Source: an uncultured virus (IMG/VR IMGVR_UViG_2778261440_000004)
Taxonomy: Duplodnaviria; Heunggongvirae; Uroviricota; Caudoviricetes
Direction: 5' to 3' (one strand)
DNA: 64,000 nt
IMG/VR virus record: IMGVR_UViG_2778261440_000004
Span: 1-64,000 of that record
Part shown: piece by piece, positions 9,239 to 17,703 of the stretch
Numbering within the stretch: the stretch's first letter is position 1
How the letters are laid out: every line of letters starts with the position of its first letter
Translations under genes and position numbers: made by a program
The notes under the pieces: model-generated
Seen by the model: the letters and a program-made list of their open reading frames with translations, nothing else
Database searches by the model: none
What the model was told of the DNA's origin: nothing

Positions 9239-9853
9239 ATGGAAAAAATCCAAATCGTAACAAATGGAAAAGTAATTGTGGCACCAGATATCACAATAAT
9301 TGAATTCAAAGAAATAATTGAAGAAGTGTTGAACCCAAACCTTCAAGAATTCACTGGGAAAGATGAAATATATTTCACATATGTAGAAGAACCTTTTCCT
9401 TGTTACACAATTCCAGAAGGCATTACCTATAATGATCTAATTGAAATTATAGGTAGGGAATACTCATTGAAGTATCGTGCAATCAATCAAGATGATTTTC
9501 TTTTAGAAGGTACTCGTCCTAAAGAGTACAATCATACATTGACAATAGATGAACTAAAAGGTATTGCTGATCAAATGTGTGAGCAAATTGATCAAAAAGA
9601 TAAGCTTGAGATAGAAAAGAAGCTAATAAGTAAAAGACTAGGAGATCAGATTACGGAATTAGACAGTAATATACATGATCTTTCTGTAAAACATAGAATG
9701 GGGTTTGAAACACGAGAATCAAATTGCAAGGTGAGGTTAAATTTTAAAGATGGTATGAAATATTACTATGATGCTGAATCTGATGAATTAATTACATCTG
9801 AAGAGTTAACAAGTGATGATTTCCAATTAAGAATTGATTATCAGCCACTATAA
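9239..9853 (+). CDS. Hypothetical protein
   Basis: 204-aa ORF in the operon. Confidence 0.6.
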   Translation: MEKIQIVTNGKVIVAPDITIIEFKEIIEEVLNPNLQEFTGKDEIYFTYVEEPFPCYTIPEGITYNDLIEIIGREYSLKYRAINQDDFLLEGTRPKEYNHTLTIDELKGIADQMCEQIDQKDKLEIEKKLISKRLGDQITELDSNIHDLSVKHRMGFETRESNCKVRLNFKDGMKYYYDAESDELITSEELTSDDFQLRIDYQPL

Positions 9854-10242
9854 TGAATTTACAATTGCCCTTAAAAAAGCAATGGTTTGAAATGACCAAA
9901 TCAGGTGTTAAGACTGAAGATTACAGGGCGTTAAATTGCTATTGGGCAAAGAGACTGGTTTACAATCTATCGGATGTTTTGCTTCATACAGGAAGAAACG
10001 ATATCAATAATTTCGTGAATGATGATTATGCCTACAAATTCCTTGCAAATCCGAAAAACCATTTTGGATTCAAGGAATTCACAACCAATGTAATGACATT
10101 GGGATACCCTAAAAACAATGACACATCAAGAATAATAAAGCTGCAACATGAAGGAATTGAAATTGGATTTGGAAAACCAGAATGGGGAGCAGATCCAGAT
10201 AAGCTTTACTTCATAATAAAGCATGGGTGTATAGTAATATGA
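9853..10242 (+). CDS. ASCH/PUA-like domain protein
   Basis: LPLKKQWFEMTKSGVKTEDYR; GKPEWGA. Confidence 0.72.
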   Translation: MNLQLPLKKQWFEMTKSGVKTEDYRALNCYWAKRLVYNLSDVLLHTGRNDINNFVNDDYAYKFLANPKNHFGFKEFTTNVMTLGYPKNNDTSRIIKLQHEGIEIGFGKPEWGADPDKLYFIIKHGCIVI

Positions 10243-10487
10243 AAGTAGAAGAGATTATTGAGAAACTTTGCAATCACGAAATAAGTAAGTCGGATGCAAT
10301 AGATAAGATTAAGGTAATAACTGATGGACTTAGAAACAATGAATCACTTGAGTTTGTAGTTGATGAATTTGGCTCTACCGTAGAAAATAATCACGGATAT
10401 TTGAACCTAATACTGCCTTACGAATACAGCAAGATTAAAAACAAAGTTTCTAAAGGTGATAGGGTTGATGTATCATTATTACTATAG
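10239..10487 (+). CDS. Hypothetical protein flanked by a 10-bp inverted repeat
   Basis: TATAGTAATA (10230-10239) / TATTACTATA (10477-10486). Confidence 0.55.
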   Translation: MKVEEIIEKLCNHEISKSDAIDKIKVITDGLRNNESLEFVVDEFGSTVENNHGYLNLILPYEYSKIKNKVSKGDRVDVSLLL

Positions 10488-10491
10488 CGAT

Positions 10492-10875
10492 ATGAACTTA
10501 GAAGAAGAAAAAAGAGAAAGTATAAAAGCTGATGCTAAAAAAGAGATAAGCAGACTTAAGGCAATGCTCGAATTAATAAAAGGTGATGACGATTGCGAAG
10601 CTTTATTAATTATTGATGGAGTTAAGCACGCCTTTTCAAGTTCTGGAATATTTACAGATACAATAAAGGCTGAAATAAGAGAAATTAATAAAGCGGTTGC
10701 TGGCTGGCGTTCATTTGATAAAGAAAAACCTTTGGACGGCAAAAAATACTACTACACACAAGATAATCAGTTTTTTAGAGGTATTTGGAATGAAGAAATG
10801 AAAGGTTTTTTGTTAGATGGATGTGGAGATAAAATGATTAGTAAAACCTGTGATTATTTCCACGCTTGCCACTAA
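10492..10875 (+). CDS. Modular hypothetical protein spanning a cassette junction at 10696
   Basis: MNLEEE... fused to VAGWRSFDKEKP...; its stop overlaps the TAAC core. Confidence 0.6.
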   Translation: MNLEEEKRESIKADAKKEISRLKAMLELIKGDDDCEALLIIDGVKHAFSSSGIFTDTIKAEIREINKAVAGWRSFDKEKPLDGKKYYYTQDNQFFRGIWNEEMKGFLLDGCGDKMISKTCDYFHACH

Positions 10876-10929
10876 CGGTTTGAATATGGTGTCGTAGTGA
10901 GGCACGAGCTATGCACTATATTTTGTGTT
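10874..10929. repeat. attC-like hairpin
   Basis: AAC...AATATGGTG.CGTAG loop CTATG.CACTATATT...GTT, 56 bp. Confidence 0.7.
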
Positions 10930-10962
10930 GGCGTAGTTTCGGATTATAAACGAAAACATACT

Positions 10963-11211
10963 ATGGATACAGAAACAGTAACAGTGCTTCCAAAAGGTGA
11001 AGACTTTGAGATTATAGTACGACACGACCAAAGCGGAAGTGCTTACGGAATAACTCTATCGAAGAACGCATACGAGCAATTACGCCAACACTTTGTTGTA
11101 GGGCGTAACGAACAGTTAGTTTGCCCTGATTGCAAGCATAAAGCAAGGATGCAGAATGGATTTATATGGTGCGAAAATGATGATTGTGGTGGTATTTATA
11201 GGGCAAACTAA
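10963..11211 (+). CDS. Small modular protein with a C-terminal Zn-finger (CPDC...CxxxxC)
   Basis: MDTETV...LRQHFVVGRNEQLVCPDC; reads across the GTT at 11095. Confidence 0.6.
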   Translation: MDTETVTVLPKGEDFEIIVRHDQSGSAYGITLSKNAYEQLRQHFVVGRNEQLVCPDCKHKARMQNGFIWCENDDCGGIYRAN

Positions 11212-11247
11212 TTGCCTACAACGGAAAAAAATAAATACAGTAACGAT

Positions 11248-11586
11248 ATGAAAGCAGAAACTTACAAATTATTCCTTGATGTTGAACAAGGAAACTTAAC
11301 TCCAGAGGAAGCACAAACGGAGTTATTGAACTTATTGAGTGTTACCCACCGTAAAGACCAGAAAACATACATAGGTGAAGAAATGCTCAAATGTAAATCA
11401 GGTGTCTATGAGGTGTTTTGGAAAAGTGGAGGTAGCTCAATTTCAGCAATAGGAATGACATATCTTGGGCAAAGATGGTTAGCACCAACTAACTGGACAA
11501 ACGGGAACGATGAACAAGACCCAACAGGTAGACTTCACACCCAATTGGACAGTATAGATAGAATTACTCTCCTTTATAGTGGGTAA
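11248..11586 (+). CDS. Modular hypothetical protein starting inside an attC-like hairpin
   Basis: ATG in the loop of hairpin 11220-11343; ELLNLLSV|THRK junction; stop in the GGGTAAC core. Confidence 0.62.
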   Translation: MKAETYKLFLDVEQGNLTPEEAQTELLNLLSVTHRKDQKTYIGEEMLKCKSGVYEVFWKSGGSSISAIGMTYLGQRWLAPTNWTNGNDEQDPTGRLHTQLDSIDRITLLYSG

Positions 11587-11818
11587 CTCCCGTCTAAAAA
11601 CACCACAGTTAACCAACTGTAAACCACCACTAAACCCTATAACTTTTCGAAAGTTTAAAAGTGATTTTTATAAAAATATGGCTATTAAGCATTCGATAAA
11701 ATTCACATGGTAAACTAATTAATCTATAGTGTTTCACACTTATTTACAACTGTTAACTTTCATATATATAGATAGTTATGTAATTTAGAGAGACGAATTA
11801 ATTATAACTCTCGACTAT

Positions 11819-12010
11819 ATGACTAGATTTATCAAAATCGGCTATTCCAGCCGTAAGAATGCCTATCGAAGAATTTTGTTTTTTCCTAAACTTAATCTTA
11901 CCGGAAAGTGGTTTCGAGAAGTAGGGTTTGAAATAGGAGACTCAGTAGAAGTCCAATGCTCTAATGGATGTATAACCATCAAAAGATTAGAGAATGGCCA
12001 AGACTCTTGA
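11819..12010 (+). CDS. symE: SymE-family (AbrB-fold) toxin
   Basis: PKLNLTGKWFREVGFEIGDSVEVQCSNGCITIK matches the SymE signature LxGxWLxxxGFxxG. Confidence 0.75.
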   Translation: MTRFIKIGYSSRKNAYRRILFFPKLNLTGKWFREVGFEIGDSVEVQCSNGCITIKRLENGQDS

Positions 12011-12749
12011 TGTACCTGTAGAATTGAGGCAATTCAATAAATTGTTTAACGAGTTGGCTTATTACAATGATGATTCTATCGTTTTTGACGATTTCCTTAC
12101 TTATACTATTTCAATGTTCATGTTCTATGAGCATAGAGATATTGATAACCTAAACAGAATTAAATCAAATTATAAAAATGGATTTAAAGGATTCTATGAG
12201 CTGTTTAAGGAGTTAATCAACGTAATGGGAAAAATGATTACAGATGAAGGTAGTTGGTATGACCCATTAGGAGATTATTATATGATTATTTCAAGCAGAG
12301 GTAAGAAATCATCAATGGGACAATTCTTCACACCTCCAGAGATTTGTGACGTTATGACGATGCTAAATTTCCCAAAAGATCAAACTATTAAATGTCAGAA
12401 AGTATCAGATCCTACATGTGGTTCCGGAAGGATACTTTTATCATTTCATGCATTTAATCCAGGGAATCTTGTATTTGGTGACGATCTAGATCCTATGTGT
12501 GCAAAAATGTCTGTTATTAATATGGTTATGCATGGTTGTGAAGGACAGGTTAATCATATGGATAGCCTAGCAGTGAAATGGTTTAAGGGTTGGAATATTA
12601 ATCCACTTATTCATAGACTAGGAATACCTAATGTTACACCTATTAAAAATGAAGATCATGCATTTTCTGTTGAGGTGTGGGAAGCTAAAAAGAATGAAGT
12701 TGAAGAAAAAGTACCAATTGTAAAACGTGGTCAATTGACTTTGTTTTAA
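11994..12749 (+). CDS. HsdM-like N6-methyltransferase-family protein lacking the NPPY motif
   Basis: GQFFTPPEIC, DPTCGSGRIL, GDDLD, MDSL; no [DNS]PP[YFW]. Confidence 0.72.
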   Translation: MAKTLDVPVELRQFNKLFNELAYYNDDSIVFDDFLTYTISMFMFYEHRDIDNLNRIKSNYKNGFKGFYELFKELINVMGKMITDEGSWYDPLGDYYMIISSRGKKSSMGQFFTPPEICDVMTMLNFPKDQTIKCQKVSDPTCGSGRILLSFHAFNPGNLVFGDDLDPMCAKMSVINMVMHGCEGQVNHMDSLAVKWFKGWNINPLIHRLGIPNVTPIKNEDHAFSVEVWEAKKNEVEEKVPIVKRGQLTLF

Positions 12750-12830
12750 CTTATTGAAGCTCACAACATTTTTGAGAAAGAGATTGATTGTTGATATGTG
12801 AAGTTGAATAGGTGTGGTCTGTGAGTATTA

Positions 12831-12864
12831 AAACCTCTAGTGAATTATCATTAGAGGTTTTTTA
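12831..12864 (+). terminator. Intrinsic terminator
   Basis: AAAACCTCTA...TAGAGGTTTTTT. Confidence 0.72.
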
Positions 12865-12898
12865 ATTTATCAATACACCGTAAATTTTTTTAAAAGAT

Positions 12899-13342
12899 AT
12901 GAGCTTTAAATTTGGTAAAACTAGCCTTGAAAGACTTTCGACTTGTCATCAAGATTTAGTTGATATTATGAACTTGGCCATTCAAGTAAGTTCTGTAGAT
13001 TTTGGGATTGCTGAAGGTCATAGATCTGTTGAAAAACAACAGCAGTATTTCAGAGAAGATAAAAGTAAAATTGATGGCATTACCAAATTAGGTAAGCACA
13101 ATTATCACCCTTCTTTAGCAGTTGATATATACCCTTATGTCAACGGAAAAGCTGAATGGGATAATGAACACTTATCGTACTTGAGTGGTGTAATCGAGGC
13201 TTGCGCAAACATTTTAGTGCAACAAGGCAGAATTGGCCACCGTATTCGTTGGGGAGGAAATTGGGATATGGATGGAGCCATATTGATCGATCAGTCATTC
13301 GATGATCGTCCTCATTTTGAACTAATAAAAGCATATTCATGA
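12899..13342 (+). CDS. Endolysin, peptidase M15 (L-Ala-D-Glu peptidase-like)
   Basis: EGHRS..Q, KHN...AVD, WGGNW, DRPHFEL. Confidence 0.9.
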   Translation: MSFKFGKTSLERLSTCHQDLVDIMNLAIQVSSVDFGIAEGHRSVEKQQQYFREDKSKIDGITKLGKHNYHPSLAVDIYPYVNGKAEWDNEHLSYLSGVIEACANILVQQGRIGHRIRWGGNWDMDGAILIDQSFDDRPHFELIKAYS

Positions 13343-13869
13343 GCGATAAAAAAGGTTTTAAAGAAACTAAATTCGCCAATTTTTTGGCAAAGGCAGTAAA
13401 AGCTGTTCCTGATTTAGCTGAGGCTGCTATTGATGTTGCTTCCGGAGATTTAATAGGAGCAGTTCAAAATGTTGGAGAGGCTTTGAACTTAAAAACTAAA
13501 AGAGCTAACTCGTCAGAAATAACAGCACTTAAATTAGAGTTCGAAAAACTACGTGCAACATTTGAAAAAGAAATGTACGACTTAGAGATTAAAGATCGTG
13601 AATCAGCTCGAAATAGAGAGGTAGATATGGCTAAGGCTGGCAAATCAGATTGGCTAATGTATGCTTCAGGAATTACAGCTTTAGGAGTATTCTTATTTAT
13701 GGTTATAGCTGTTATTTTAAACTCAAAATTTGAGTTAGGAATTGATGATTCTCCTCTATTTCATCAACTCATGGGAATCATAGAAGGTGCATCTCTTTCG
13801 GTTTTTGGATATTACTTCGGTACTTCTAAAAGTTCAAGTGATAAAACAAAACTTTTGTCAAATAAATAA
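13339..13869 (+). CDS. Holin
   Basis: DRESARNRE, two TM helices, GYYFGTSKSS; overlaps the endolysin. Confidence 0.8.
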   Translation: MSDKKGFKETKFANFLAKAVKAVPDLAEAAIDVASGDLIGAVQNVGEALNLKTKRANSSEITALKLEFEKLRATFEKEMYDLEIKDRESARNREVDMAKAGKSDWLMYASGITALGVFLFMVIAVILNSKFELGIDDSPLFHQLMGIIEGASLSVFGYYFGTSKSSSDKTKLLSNK

Positions 13870-14028
13870 AAACTGCATGTCAAAAAATAAACCTGAAAAA
13901 CAGGAAGAAAAATCCAATAAGAAAAAGGAATCAAAGAAAAAGCCAAGAAGAATTTCTAAAGAATCCTTCTCAAGCAAAGCTTAATGATTACATTTGCGTA
14001 ACTCTCAACTATAGATATTGATTATATT

Positions 14029-14781
14029 ATGATAAACCTCGATAAACCTGTCTGTATTTATGCTATTCAAACAACTGGACAGAATCCTGAAATAGATCGA
14101 ATCATTGAAATTAGAGTTCTTAAGATAGTATCAACATCAGAAGTTAAAAGGTATCATAAGCTAATAAACCCAGGTGTTAGGATTTCTGATTATTCAACCA
14201 GTGTTCACGGTATTACTAATGAAATGGTTTCTAACAAACCAAGGTTTGAAGATATAGCTGAAGAGCTATTTGATTTCATTAAGAATACTTATTGGACCGG
14301 CTATAATAATGAACATCTGTACAATGTTTTCTTAGCAGAATCTTTTATTCGGTCTGGAATAGAAATTAGCTCACAAGATATTCACTGTATTGATATTGGT
14401 AATATCTACAAGAAGCTAAATCCAAGAAGAATTGATACATGTTACCGCGCATATACCGGTAATGAAATGTTGATGGATAATCAAACAACAACAGTTTCAG
14501 ATGCTTTAATGGAGATTTTTATATCCATGATAAATAAGCATACTGAAGAAATCGGTGAAGATGCTTCCAAATGGGAAGAATTCTCAACCAATAAACATGA
14601 AGTTGTCGACTTTGCAAGACGTTTTGTAAGAAACAAAGACGGTGAAATAGTTATCAATTTCGCTAAAAAGAAAGGGCAGATTGCAAAAGACGATCCATCT
14701 TATTTAAGATGGATATTACAAGCTTCATTTCCGGCAGATACAAAGAATTGGGCTAGAAAAATATTGCTTGGTGAAGCATAG
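14029..14781 (+). CDS. DnaQ-like DEDDh exonuclease homolog with degenerate catalytic residues
   Basis: xTTG..P..DRIIEI, INPG..I, VHGIT; D/E replaced (YAIQTTG); C-terminal F.K.KG...PSYLRWIL domain. Confidence 0.78.
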   Translation: MINLDKPVCIYAIQTTGQNPEIDRIIEIRVLKIVSTSEVKRYHKLINPGVRISDYSTSVHGITNEMVSNKPRFEDIAEELFDFIKNTYWTGYNNEHLYNVFLAESFIRSGIEISSQDIHCIDIGNIYKKLNPRRIDTCYRAYTGNEMLMDNQTTTVSDALMEIFISMINKHTEEIGEDASKWEEFSTNKHEVVDFARRFVRNKDGEIVINFAKKKGQIAKDDPSYLRWILQASFPADTKNWARKILLGEA

Positions 14782-14839
14782 CCACAACCACCTTCTATTT
14801 TCTATTTAACTCTCGATTATAACTTTTATATGTATTACT

Positions 14840-16207
14840 ATGGACTATATGATGGAAATCAATGTTGGGGATATAATAACCTCAACAAAAAATTACCGAA
14901 CAAAATTTAATGATGAATCTATTGATGAGTTAGCAAAATCAATAGAAAGAGAAGGACTATTACAACCAGTACTAATAAGAAAAGTTAATGATAACTATGA
15001 ATTAGTAGCTGGTGAAAGAAGGTTGAAAGCTGTTAAAAAATTAGGTTGGAAAACTATAACAGCTATTGAGAAAAATATTCCAGATGATGATATTGTTCAA
15101 GTACAAATCATTGAAAATTCTCAACGCGTTAACCCTACTCCAATTGAAGAATATAAAGCTTTTGATGAGTTAGTAAGATCCGGTAAAACAGTATCTGATA
15201 TTGCTGATGAAATAGGAAAGTCAATAACTTATGTGAATTCAAGATTGCAAATCAAGAAATTATCTGATAGATCCAAAGAATTACTGGATGATGATGTGAT
15301 AAATCTTTCACATGTGAAGTTGCTATCCTGTTTACAGGAGACTGATCAAGATAAGGCACTTAACAGCATTGTAAAGAACAATGGAATTCTGAAATATTCC
15401 ATGAATGCAGTTCAGCTAAAGAGATTCATTGAAAAGAATATCGAGGTTGATTTAACTAAAGCAATTTTCAGCTTAAAGGACAAAAAGTTGCATGGAGGTA
15501 GTTGCTTGAAATGTACCAAAAGAACAGGATTTAATAAACAACTGTTTGAAGATTTTCAGAAGGAAGAAACATGTCTAGATCCTCAATGCTTCATAGCTAA
15601 AAAAGAAGAGTTTCTGATTAATAAAAAAAATGCGCTTCAAGAGAAACATTCATCAGTCATAGAATTAAACAGTTGGTCCCATGAAGGTGAAGGAGATGGT
15701 AGATTAAGCTTAATGCGCGTTCTTACTTCTGAAGAGCCAACAGAAACAATAGGTCTTATTGTAAATGGAGATTTAGCCGGAAATACAGTTTATATAGTTG
15801 AAGAGGATTCAACTGAAAATGATATTGAAGCAGATGAAGAAATAGATGAGGTAGTAGAATTATGTTCTGACCTTGCACTCGATCTTATTGAGAAAGATAT
15901 TCCGTCTGATAATATTGAATTTTCAAAGCTAATACTATGGCAATTGTACTCTAGCATGGATAATATATCTCAAAGAAAATTATCTGAGCTATTTAATTGG
16001 AAATTGAAGAAATCTAATATTGATCAAAAGTTCGATTACACAAACACTAGGGAGTTTTTCATTGAAAATACCAAGAGATTGAAGGAAGATAAGATAAGGT
16101 TGCTCCAACAAATAGTTTCAATATTTCTGTTTTCAAACAATTCAAACTTAAGAATCGAAACAGCATATACCCTAATAGAGTCAGTAAAAGGAACAACGGG
16201 AAAATAA
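14840..16207 (+). CDS. ParB/RepB/Spo0J-family protein
   Basis: ELAKSIEREGLLQPVLIR, LVAGERRLKA, ENSQR, HTH, CxxC motifs. Confidence 0.88.
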   Translation: MDYMMEINVGDIITSTKNYRTKFNDESIDELAKSIEREGLLQPVLIRKVNDNYELVAGERRLKAVKKLGWKTITAIEKNIPDDDIVQVQIIENSQRVNPTPIEEYKAFDELVRSGKTVSDIADEIGKSITYVNSRLQIKKLSDRSKELLDDDVINLSHVKLLSCLQETDQDKALNSIVKNNGILKYSMNAVQLKRFIEKNIEVDLTKAIFSLKDKKLHGGSCLKCTKRTGFNKQLFEDFQKEETCLDPQCFIAKKEEFLINKKNALQEKHSSVIELNSWSHEGEGDGRLSLMRVLTSEEPTETIGLIVNGDLAGNTVYIVEEDSTENDIEADEEIDEVVELCSDLALDLIEKDIPSDNIEFSKLILWQLYSSMDNISQRKLSELFNWKLKKSNIDQKFDYTNTREFFIENTKRLKEDKIRLLQQIVSIFLFSNNSNLRIETAYTLIESVKGTTGK

Positions 16208-16277
16208 TTTATTATTTGCATTCCAGATGCACAACAGCATGTTAAATTGATTCTATATCAATAGAAAAAAAATAAAC

Positions 16278-16958
16278 ATGTCAAAGAGTATTATTTGGAA
16301 ACCCGAGGAACGGAAATTATCTGATTTGAAGGAATGGGAAGAAAACCCAAGGATTATAAGTGAGGAAAAGTTTCAGAATCTTGTTAAGCAAATTCGTGAT
16401 AAAGGGTTTACAACCCCTATTTTAATTAATACCGATAATACAATTATTGCTGGGCACCAACGTAGAAACGCATTAATTGAACTAGGTAGACTGAATGATT
16501 CAGTGTTAGTAATGGTGCCAAGTCGTAAGCTAACTAAAAAAGAATTTGAAGAGTTAGCTTTAGGTGACAATCTTAATATAGGAACATTTGACATTGATCA
16601 GCTTCAAGCTAATTTCTCTTTAGATGTACTGCTTGATGTTGGTTTTGAAGAATGGGAAGTAGGTTCGTTAGAGACAGATGTTTTTCAAATAGATAATGAA
16701 AACTCAGTTGATGGTGATACGATTGAAACAGAAGAACAAACAAATGTTTCATTTACAGCGTCACAATCAAAAGATCATACATCTGAAGATAATGTTGAAG
16801 GTGAATCCATTCAACGTATGCCATTTGAAATTCTTCTTGAAGTTGGGTTTAGAAAAGATTTTATGGATCTGTTAAGGTCTATAAAGGATGAAAATTCATT
16901 TGAAACTACACAAGAAGCGTTATTTCATTTAGCAGAATTCTATAAAGCTAACTCCTAA
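16278..16958 (+). CDS. ParB/Srx N-terminal domain protein
   Basis: WEENPR, GFTTPILI, IIAGHQR, DN motifs. Confidence 0.8.
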   Translation: MSKSIIWKPEERKLSDLKEWEENPRIISEEKFQNLVKQIRDKGFTTPILINTDNTIIAGHQRRNALIELGRLNDSVLVMVPSRKLTKKEFEELALGDNLNIGTFDIDQLQANFSLDVLLDVGFEEWEVGSLETDVFQIDNENSVDGDTIETEEQTNVSFTASQSKDHTSEDNVEGESIQRMPFEILLEVGFRKDFMDLLRSIKDENSFETTQEALFHLAEFYKANS

Positions 16959-16968
16959 TTAACTTAAT

Positions 16969-17676
16969 ATGTCAAAACACTTCACCGGTCATAAATTATC
17001 ACATGGCCTTATCTATGATTATTCAGATAATGAATTTCCTAGTATTCTTCATGGTTTTACAAGTGAAGATCAATTGTTATTAGAAAATGAAAGCTCAACA
17101 TATTATGGATATGTTCAAAGTGGGGTTGCGTACTTGTATATTAAAGAAGTATCATATCCATTATTACCAGGTATGTATTTTTCTGTTAATGGAAAATCAG
17201 ATGCTTTTATTATTGGCGGTTGTGGAATTGTTGTAGAGCGAATCGAACATTCCGGAGTAACTATTATCGGAGGACCAATCGAACAATCTGGAAGATTAAA
17301 ATACATAGATGGCTGCACCGATTCATTATTGATTCCACCTGTTAAAATGGGTGATCCATGCTTTAATGCTTTGTACTTCCCAAAAGGGATTGATCAAACT
17401 ATGCATACTCATCCTTCAATGAGGGTTGGTATAGTTACTAAAGGAGAAGGTGTATGCATAACACCTGATGAAAAAATACAATTAAAACCCGGCACTGTAT
17501 TTATTATTCATCCAGAAGGAGAACACAAATTCAGAACAATTGATAAAGAGATGGTTGTTATTGCCTATCATCCGGATTCTGATTATGGCCCAGTAGATCA
17601 ATTTCACCCTATGATAAATAGAACCATTGTGAAGGGTATTAGTGCCAATAGTTTACCAGAAATACAGACTAAGTGA
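16969..17676 (+). CDS. Cupin-domain protein
   Basis: QTMHTHPSMRVG..G.G, PEGEHKF, YHPDSD metal-binding His pattern. Confidence 0.8.
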   Translation: MSKHFTGHKLSHGLIYDYSDNEFPSILHGFTSEDQLLLENESSTYYGYVQSGVAYLYIKEVSYPLLPGMYFSVNGKSDAFIIGGCGIVVERIEHSGVTIIGGPIEQSGRLKYIDGCTDSLLIPPVKMGDPCFNALYFPKGIDQTMHTHPSMRVGIVTKGEGVCITPDEKIQLKPGTVFIIHPEGEHKFRTIDKEMVVIAYHPDSDYGPVDQFHPMINRTIVKGISANSLPEIQTK

Positions 17677-17703
17677 TTTATTATTAATTAGTCGAATAGA
17701 ATT

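Larger units (their letters stand above)
10696..11587 (+). mobile_element. Integron-like cassette array 1 (four GTT...AAC segments with self-complementary ends)
   Basis: Segments 10696-10876, 10927-11089, 11095-11222 and 11341-11587, each bounded by its own inverted repeat; AAC...GTT hairpins at 10874-10929 and 11220-11343. Confidence 0.7.

Noticed and set aside
10696..11587. CRISPR array or DGR interpretation of the cassette repeats
   Set aside because: No identical direct repeats with spacers, no cas genes, no reverse transcriptase and no TR/VR pair; the repeats are inverted and differ per unit
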